Positions 54,611 to 64,000 of a stretch of DNA of 64,000 nucleotides are shown here, piece after piece. Numbering within the stretch: position 1 is the stretch's first letter; each line of letters starts with the position of its first letter. Origin of the DNA: Eledone cirrhosa (taxonomy: Eukaryota). Position numbers and translations under genes: made by a program. The DNA lies in the NCBI GenBank assembly GCA_964016885.1, contig OZ024747.1, positions 37,882,001 to 37,946,000 on the forward strand, read 5' to 3'. The notes below the pieces were generated by a model. That model was not told where the DNA came from, did no database searches, and was given only the letters and a program-made list of their open reading frames with translations.

Positions 54611-57225
54611 TGAAACAAAATGAAAACGAAATTTCATTTCTCACTCTTAGTATGGCACTTACTTAAATGTAAGTATGCATGTATACGTACATACATATAT
54701 GTATACAGACGTACAGTAGCATGCACATATATATATATATATACATATATACATACATATGCATACAGGTACACATACATATATGCACGTATCAGTTTAG
54801 CGGCGCTAACATCGCTTTGTTCGTTTGTAAACAAACTGAACAGCCTGAATTTATGCCATACGGTGTTAAGGCAACCACGTCACCTTTTTGTTCAACACTG
54901 ACACAGGAACGATGTACTAGTTTCAAGCTTGTTAGCTATCATCAGCACCGTTTACCCATCTGCCAGATAGTTGAACGTTCGAAAGTATATACTTTCCTTA
55001 TGAAAATTAACGGCTGAGCAGCCTAATTTGCATATTGAGTGAGTTAAATCGGTCAGGCATACCGAAAACGATAAATTGAAACAAAATGAAAACGAAATTT
55101 CATTTCTCACTCTTAGTATGGCACTTACTTAAATGTAAGTATGCATGTATACGTACATACATATATGTATACAGACGTACAGTAGCATGCACATATATAT
55201 ATATATATACATATATACATACATATGCATACAGGTACACATACATATATGCACGTATCAGTTTAGCGGCGCTAACATCGCTTTGTTCGTTTGTAAACAA
55301 ACTGAACAGCCTGAATTTATGCCATACGGTGTTAAGGCAACCACGTCACCTTTTTGTTCAACACTGACACAGGAACGATGTACTAGTTTCAAGCTTGTTA
55401 GCTATCATCAGCACCGTTTACCCATCTGCCAGATAGTTGAACGTTCGAAAGTATATACTTTCCTTATGAAAATTAACGGCTGAGCAGCCTAATTTGCATA
55501 TTGAGTGAGTTAAATCGGTCAGGCATACCGAAAACGATAAATTGAAACAAAATGAAAACGAAATTTCATTTCTCACTCTTAGTATGGCACTTACTTAAAT
55601 GTAAGTATGCATGTATACGTACATACATATATGTATACAGACGTACAGTAGCATGCACATATATATATATATATACATATATACATACATATGCATACAG
55701 GTACACATACATATATGCACGTATCAGTTTAGCGGCGCTAACATCGCTTTGTTCGTTTGTAAACAAACTGAACAGCCTGAATTTATGCCATACGGTGTTA
55801 AGGCAACCACGTCACCTTTTTGTTCAACACTGACACAGGAACGATGTACTAGTTTCAAGCTTGTTAGCTATCATCAGCACCGTTTACCCATCTGCCAGAT
55901 AGTTGAACGTTCGAAAGTATATACTTTCCTTATGAAAATTAACGGCTGAGCAGCCTAATTTGCATATTGAGTGAGTTAAATCGGTCAGGCATACCGAAAA
56001 CGATAAATTGAAACAAAATGAAAACGAAATTTCATTTCTCACTCTTAGTATGGCACTTACTTAAATGTAAGTATGCATGTATACGTACATACATATATGT
56101 ATACAGACGTACAGTAGCATGCACATATATATATATATATACATATATACATACATATGCATACAGGTACACATACATATATGCACGTATCAGTTTAGCG
56201 GCGCTAACATCGCTTTGTTCGTTTGTAAACAAACTGAACAGCCTGAATTTATGCCATACGGTGTTAAGGCAACCACGTCACCTTTTTGTTCAACACTGAC
56301 ACAGGAACGATGTACTAGTTTCAAGCTTGTTAGCTATCATCAGCACCGTTTACCCATCTGCCAGATAGTTGAACGTTCGAAAGTATATACTTTCCTTATG
56401 AAAATTAACGGCTGAGCAGCCTAATTTGCATATTGAGTGAGTTAAATCGGTCAGGCATACCGAAAACGATAAATTGAAACAAAATGAAAACGAAATTTCA
56501 TTTCTCACTCTTAGTATGGCACTTACTTAAATGTAAGTATGCATGTATACGTACATACATATATGTATACAGACGTACAGTAGCATGCACATATATATAT
56601 ATATATACATATATACATACATATGCATACAGGTACACATACATATATGCACGTATCAGTTTAGCGGCGCTAACATCGCTTTGTTCGTTTGTAAACAAAC
56701 TGAACAGCCTGAATTTATGCCATACGGTGTTAAGGCAACCACGTCACCTTTTTGTTCAACACTGACACAGGAACGATGTACTAGTTTCAAGCTTGTTAGC
56801 TATCATCAGCACCGTTTACCCATCTGCCAGATAGTTGAACGTTCGAAAGTATATACTTTCCTTATGAAAATTAACGGCTGAGCAGCCTAATTTGCATATT
56901 GAGTGAGTTAAATCGGTCAGGCATACCGAAAACGATAAATTGAAACAAAATGAAAACGAAATTTCATTTCTCACTCTTAGTATGGCACTTACTTAAATGT
57001 AAGTATGCATGTATACGTACATACATATATGTATACAGACGTACAGTAGCATGCACATATATATATATATATACATATATACATACATATGCATACAGGT
57101 ACACATACATATATGCACGTATCAGTTTAGCGGCGCTAACATCGCTTTGTTCGTTTGTAAACAAACTGAACAGCCTGAATTTATGCCATACGGTGTTAAG
57201 GCAACCACGTCACCTTTTTGTTCAA
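54604..57225 (-). repeat. 466-bp tandem array, ~5.6 units (hammerhead on the minus strand)
   Basis: Identical ORFs recur at 54620, 55086, 55552, 56018, 56484 and 56950, a period of 466. Confidence 0.97.
54908..54952 (-). ncRNA. Type I minimal hammerhead ribozyme (repeated at 55374, 55840, 56306 and 56772)
   Basis: Minus strand: AACGGTG-CTGATGA-T-AGCT-aaca-AGCT-T-GAAACTAGTA-CATCGTT. Confidence 0.85.
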
Positions 57226-57231
57226 TTGTTT

Positions 57232-58679
<1,448 letters not shown>

Positions 58680-58772
58680 TTAAAAGTTAAACAAGGTTCA
58701 ATGAATAAATCAAAGAATGAGTTTTACAATAGATTGGAAGCACTCAACAGTGCTGGTTTTCCAGAGTTATTA

Positions 58773-59031
58773 ATATTAATTCAAAATATTAACAAAATAG
58801 ATATTCTTGTGATCAAGTATATTTTATTATACATATTTCAGAGGTACTGAGTTAAGTTCAGTCATGGTTGTACCATGACTGAATCTTAACCATCTACTGT
58901 GTCAGGGTATGTCAGGCATCATCTTATTTTATCTTATGAGGACGTACTGTTGAACTTAACTCAGTACCTCTGAAATATGTATAATAAAATATACTTGATC
59001 ACAAGAATATCTATGTTGTTAATATTTTGAA

Positions 59032-59038
<7 letters not shown>
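58773..59038. repeat. Inverted repeat with ~88-bp arms and a 90-bp spacer
   Basis: 58773-58860 is the reverse complement of 58951-59038; I saw one mismatch. Confidence 0.9.
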
Positions 59039-59116
<78 letters not shown>

Positions 59117-59121
<5 letters not shown>

Positions 59122-59232
59122 AACAAGTAAGACCCCAACGGCTGAGCTCAAGCCGTTTCGACGGCTAATTCAGTCCAGAATTAGCCGTCGAAACGGCTTG
59201 AGCTCAGCCGTTGGGGTCTTACTTGTTCCTAT
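59117..59232. repeat. Perfect palindrome with 55-bp arms and a 6-nt loop
   Basis: Arms at 59117-59171 and 59178-59232; loop AGTCCA. Confidence 0.95.
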
Positions 59233-59329
59233 TACCCACTCTACTACCCTAAGTATTGAGTACTTTGGTGCGTTATGGTCCACCTGGTTCCTTACCACAT
59301 TTCCTACGTTATATATATATATATATACA

Positions 59330-61500
59330 TTGCTAGGAAATGGACTGAAATTCACACATCCATTCCAAAAGCAGATCAAGTCGACATTATAAAAGACAGA
59401 AGATTTTTGTCAAAAATTACGTCTAGGAGAATTCTTCCAGGGTGTAGGATACGAGGAGGCATCACTAGTAAGAAACAAAAATAACTTCAAACCTCCGTTA
59501 AATAGAGACATACACCTGGAGGAATACATAACCTGCCACCGACGTTCGACACAGTCAAATATTGCAGAGACGAAACACAAACGCAACATTCCTGCTGACC
59601 AACTGCTAGCACTAAACAAACTACAAAAAGACTCCTCAATAATCATAAAAGAAGCGGACAAAGGTGGAGCAATCATCATCATGGACAAAAACCACTACAA
59701 ATATATCGTCCTAGAGCAGTTGAATAACGGGGAATTTTACAGAAAAATCAGCAAAAGCGAAGATAGAAAATCGATGATTAAAGTAGGCAAACTGACGACC
59801 AAGTACCAAAACAACTTCACGCTAAAGGAAATCAATTACTTAACCAACTTCGAAACGAAAACCAGCAATTTCTATGGTTTACCGATTCACAAATCCAGAG
59901 AAATCCAAAACAACATAAAAGGCAAAAATACATCATATGTTGAAGTACCACAACCGACAGATTTAAAATTACGCCCATTTGTTACTGGTCCAGCCTCAGG
60001 CACACAACGTCTAAGCAACCTATTAGACATCATACTGAAACTCTTATGTAAAAAAGTGCCAAGCTTCATCAGAGATGACACAGAATTCCTGAACTATATC
60101 CGCCAGAAAGTACACCAAGAAACAATCTTAGTCAGCTTTGACGTAACAAGCTTATATACTAACACCCCACACGACTTAGGAGTTGAAGCTGTTGACTTCT
60201 GGATTACAAAACACCCAGACAACATTTCAGAGAGATTCCCCCAAAAATGTATTTTGGAAAGACTCAAACTAGTACTGGAGAACAACCACTTCCTTTTTTG
60301 ATAACGAACTGTATTTACAAATAAAAGGAACAGCCATGGGCACCAAAGTGGCCCCAACATATGCAACACTTGTTATGGTTCACCTAGAGGCAAAATTACA
60401 TTCGAAACTGCAGGAAACATTCAATCATGACTTCGCCACCTACATTAATCACAACTGGAAACCTACATTAATCACAACTAGACGACTGCTTCATCTTCTG
60501 GAATAGAAGCCAAGAAGACCTGCAAATATTCCATTCCATCATAAACAATCTTCACGAAGAAATAAAATTTACCATGGAATGTAATAGAAAGGAACTACCG
60601 TTTCTGTATATCCTTATCATTAAGGAAGGGAAAAACATCAAAACGGACTTATTTTACAAACCAACAGACACACACCAATACTTGATTTTCCGGTCAGCAC
60701 ACCCCTCACATACCAAAAGGAACATGCATTTTAACACGACAAGACGAATCTGCACCATAGTAACACACCCCACACTACAGGAAAAAAGATTATATGAATT
60801 AAAAGAGTTCCTTAAAAGACAAGAATATCCGGTGAACCTCATCAACACAGCCATCTCCAAAGCCCAGAACATCCCAGTGACAACACTGAGAAAAACAAAG
60901 CAACAAAATAAAATGAAGAAAACAGCTATCACTTTTGTCATCACTCACAATCCAAGGAACTTCAACATTGTGAAAGCCGCTAAACAATATCTCCAGATTC
61001 TCCAGCAACCCCTAACATGAATGTACTCATAAAAGACGCACAAATTATATATAGTAGACGACAAGCAACCAACCCAAAGAAACTGCTTACCAAGGCAACA
61101 TTTACGCCTTATAATGAAGCAATGCAAGTTAAGAAATGCAGGGACCCTCGATGCGGAACTTGCGAACACATTGAAGAGGGTGGACAAATCTTTAAAACAA
61201 CCAGTTTTTCACAGTTAATGCAAACATGAATTGCAAAACCAAAAACTTGATTTACTGTGCAACCTGCCCACAATGTAAAGAATACTACATTGGTGAAACC
61301 GGAACGTACATAAACAACAAAACAACAAATTAGAGACCCCTCTGTCAGAAACACCACATGCAGTGAACACGTCGCAACATGCGGAAAGGGAAAATTCACA
61401 ATTTTCCCCTTCTTTAAGATATGATCGGACAACGAACATTTCCGAAAATATAAAGAAGTCTTTATTAGAAAGTACAAACCGCTACTGAACACAAAAAAAT
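59330..61500 (+). mobile_element. Penelope-like element (RT + GIY-YIG), degenerate
   Basis: Motifs KEADKGGAIIIMD, FYGLP, SFDVTSLYTN, GTAMGTKVAPTYA, LDDCF, YKPTDTHQYL, CRDPRCGTC and IYCATCPQCKEYYIGETG; several frameshifts. Confidence 0.92.
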
Positions 61501-61706
61501 GATATTCCATCTTCAAAAAATGGGATTCTCCCCTCTCTCTTTTCTTTAAAAATCTCATATTGAAAAAGAAAATAGAAGTTGATGACACCCACACTTTCAA
61601 ACATTCGATCGTTGAAGAGAAGAAAAACCCTCAGAGGTACACTAACGTTTCATTAATTCCCCCTTCCCCACACCAATGAATATGTGAAATTAAATACTTG
61701 AGTAGA

Positions 61707-62143
61707 AGTGTGTGTATGTATGTGTGTGCAGATGTGTTTGTATGTATGTTTGTAGGTGTACAGATATGTGTACATGTATATATGTGTGCATATGTGTGTG
61801 TGTGTATATGAATATATGTATATGTACGTGCGTGTATATATATATATATATATGTATGTATATATGTGTGTGTGTATGTTTATGTGTATATGTATGTATG
61901 TACATGTATGTGTGGGTGTGTGTATGTGTATGTATATATATATATATACATATACGTATATATGTAGGTGTATATATATATATCTATGTGTATATATATG
62001 CCTATGCATGTGTGTGTGTATATGTGTATGTATATATATGTATATATGTATGTATGTGTGTGTGTATATGTGTATATATATATGTGTGTAGATATGTGTG
62101 TGTATGTGTGTATATGTGTGTGTGTGTATATGTAATATATATA
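61707..62143. repeat. Compound (TG/TA) low-complexity tract
   Basis: Read directly from the sequence. Confidence 0.9.
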
Positions 62144-62402
62144 TGGACTGTAAGTATATTTACATATAAGGAAGTGAATATGTGAACTAGCATGCCCCCC
62201 ACCACACTTCCCCTCCCAAACCAATATGAACAACATACATTTCTGACAAATATTCCAAAACCCTCCTCTTTTTTCTGTTTACTATCATCCCATTCTTATC
62301 AAAAGACATGTATGTATCTTACACCTCATTAAAACCCAATATTCATTATTACCCGCTGCGACTACACACACACACACACACATACACACATATACACATA
62401 AT

Positions 62403-62443
<41 letters not shown>

Positions 62444-62451
62444 TATTATTA

Positions 62452-64000
62452 TTTCTTTATTAACCACAAGGGTTTACATAAAGTAGACATTAAGGACAGT
62501 ACAGGACAATACAGGGCAGTACAATGGGCATTTCTGCGTGTAAAAAAACAAGAAACAGAGGATGTAATAATAGAACAATGAAAAAATTCCCCAATAGGGG
62601 GGAGAATTCCGAGGGACATTGGTGGAGAAAGCCCATTAAAAAGCCACAGTGACCCTGACAACCAGGGCAAGTGCCCACTCCCAGTTTTCCATCTTTAATT
62701 TACAGACACATACTCAGAGTAGGCCCATTCACTCGGGCCATTCTTACCTCTCTCACCCATCTTTCAACAAAATGCTGGGAAGAGAGCACTTCCCTTTCTA
62801 CCCTGATTTTCCTTTTCAAATGAAATTTGAAAAAGTTAATCAGGGCATCACCGAAGAGGTAAGTGCTCGTCTCCAGCCCTTTCAAACGTGTCCACCATAC
62901 TATCTCTTTCACCATGGCCACCAGACAGATAAAAACTGCCTGCCCTTCCCGGCTAAAGGAAGAGGGCGGGGCAATCCTCACAATGGACTCAGCTGATAGC
63001 TGGATCCGTCCCACACGCGACAGCAGGTGTTCGACATAAACCCACAAGATAGCAATGCTCGGACACTGGACGCTTGCGTGCAGGACGGTTTCGTCGCCCT
63101 GCGCGCATCTCGGACATGCCCGGCTGACGGCATCTCCATGCCTGTATAGTTTATCCCGAACTGGCAAAGCTCCTCGGTAGCACTGCCAGGCCAGAGATTT
63201 CTGGAAGATGACCATAGGCCCCGGCCCGAAAGTTCTTCCGAAGAGATTGGCTAGTTGATTTTCGTCGACGCCTAGAGTTTCCCCAAGTACGTTGTCGCTC
63301 TTCCCCTCCACTAATCCTCTATAGAACGCCAAGGTGGAGTTTCCACCGATCACATTGCCCGATTGGTTGAGGGCTGTGAGCGTCTGAAGACATTCCAGTC
63401 TCCAAGCGCTCCCTCTCGGTCTTCGCTTGACCCAGGACTGCAGCTCCGTCAAGGAGACGAGCTGGGGAAATACGTGTCTAGCAAACGGTGACCACACCTG
63501 ATCACCGTCGAGGAAGAGGTGGGGTTGTCGTAGCCTGAGCGCGTGTCTGCGCATCATCAGCCACGGCAATCCCAGCCCTCCACGTAGCGGGTGTTGACAG
63601 CAGATGGACCGCCAGACCATCGGAGCGCGTCCCTTCCACAAAAAGCGAAAGAGCAAACGCTCCAGGGCAGTCAAGCGGGGCTTAGGACAAGGTACGACGG
63701 TCAGACGGTAGAAGATGACGGATGCGATGTACGCGTTAGCCACCTCCGCTCGACCTTTCAGGGATAGCTTCCTCTCCGCCCATTTCTGGGTGAGAGAAGC
63801 CACCGTGCTCGTCACCTCGTTCCAGTTTTTGTCCGTCTGGAGGTTCGGCCCGAACCAGACCCCTAGCAATTTAACCGGTCCGTCCGTCCAGCGCCCGACG
63901 ACGCTGTTGGACGGCATGGACCTGCCTCTCCAGGTGCCGAGCTGCAGGCCCACTGACTTTTCCTGGTTGATCATTGCTCCTGTCACCGCTTTGTATTCTC
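62452..64000 (-). mobile_element. Tx1 copy 5, 3' part (continues beyond the window)
   Basis: Open ORF2 C-terminus at 62700-63986, homologous to copies 1 and 2; 3' end CCCTTGTGGTTAATAAAGAAA followed by TAA/ATT repeats. Confidence 0.92.

Noticed and set aside
60437-60480. 19-bp duplication ACCTACATTAATCACAACT at the PLE YxDD motif (similar short duplications at 14755, 27017 and 42284)
   Set aside because: These are ordinary slippage or repair lesions in dead elements.

Overview
This is repeat-dense eukaryotic non-coding DNA, and I could not support any host gene. The tRNA-derived SINE family and the long (TA)n/(CA)n microsatellites suggest an octopod cephalopod; this is inferred from recalled SINE similarity, not verified. 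Contents: three head-to-tail Tx1/L1-clade LINEs joined by (TATC)n (0.55-15 kb), plus two more copies on the minus strand; a CR1-type LINE; an internally deleted Helitron with a GT-AG intron; RTE, CRE-like and Gypsy remnants; two Penelope-like elements (PLEs) with hammerhead motifs; and many SINEs, including serial insertions at one target. The most striking feature is a near-perfect 466-bp tandem array (54.6-58.5 kb), split into two opposed blocks inside a (TA)n tract. Every complete unit carries a minimal type I hammerhead ribozyme and an octamer motif, so it is a retrozyme/circRNA-like system. The Tx1 copies also share an amber codon at the Trp of the endonuclease GDWN motif (a candidate A-to-I recoding switch) and conserved GTAAGT splice-donor motifs.
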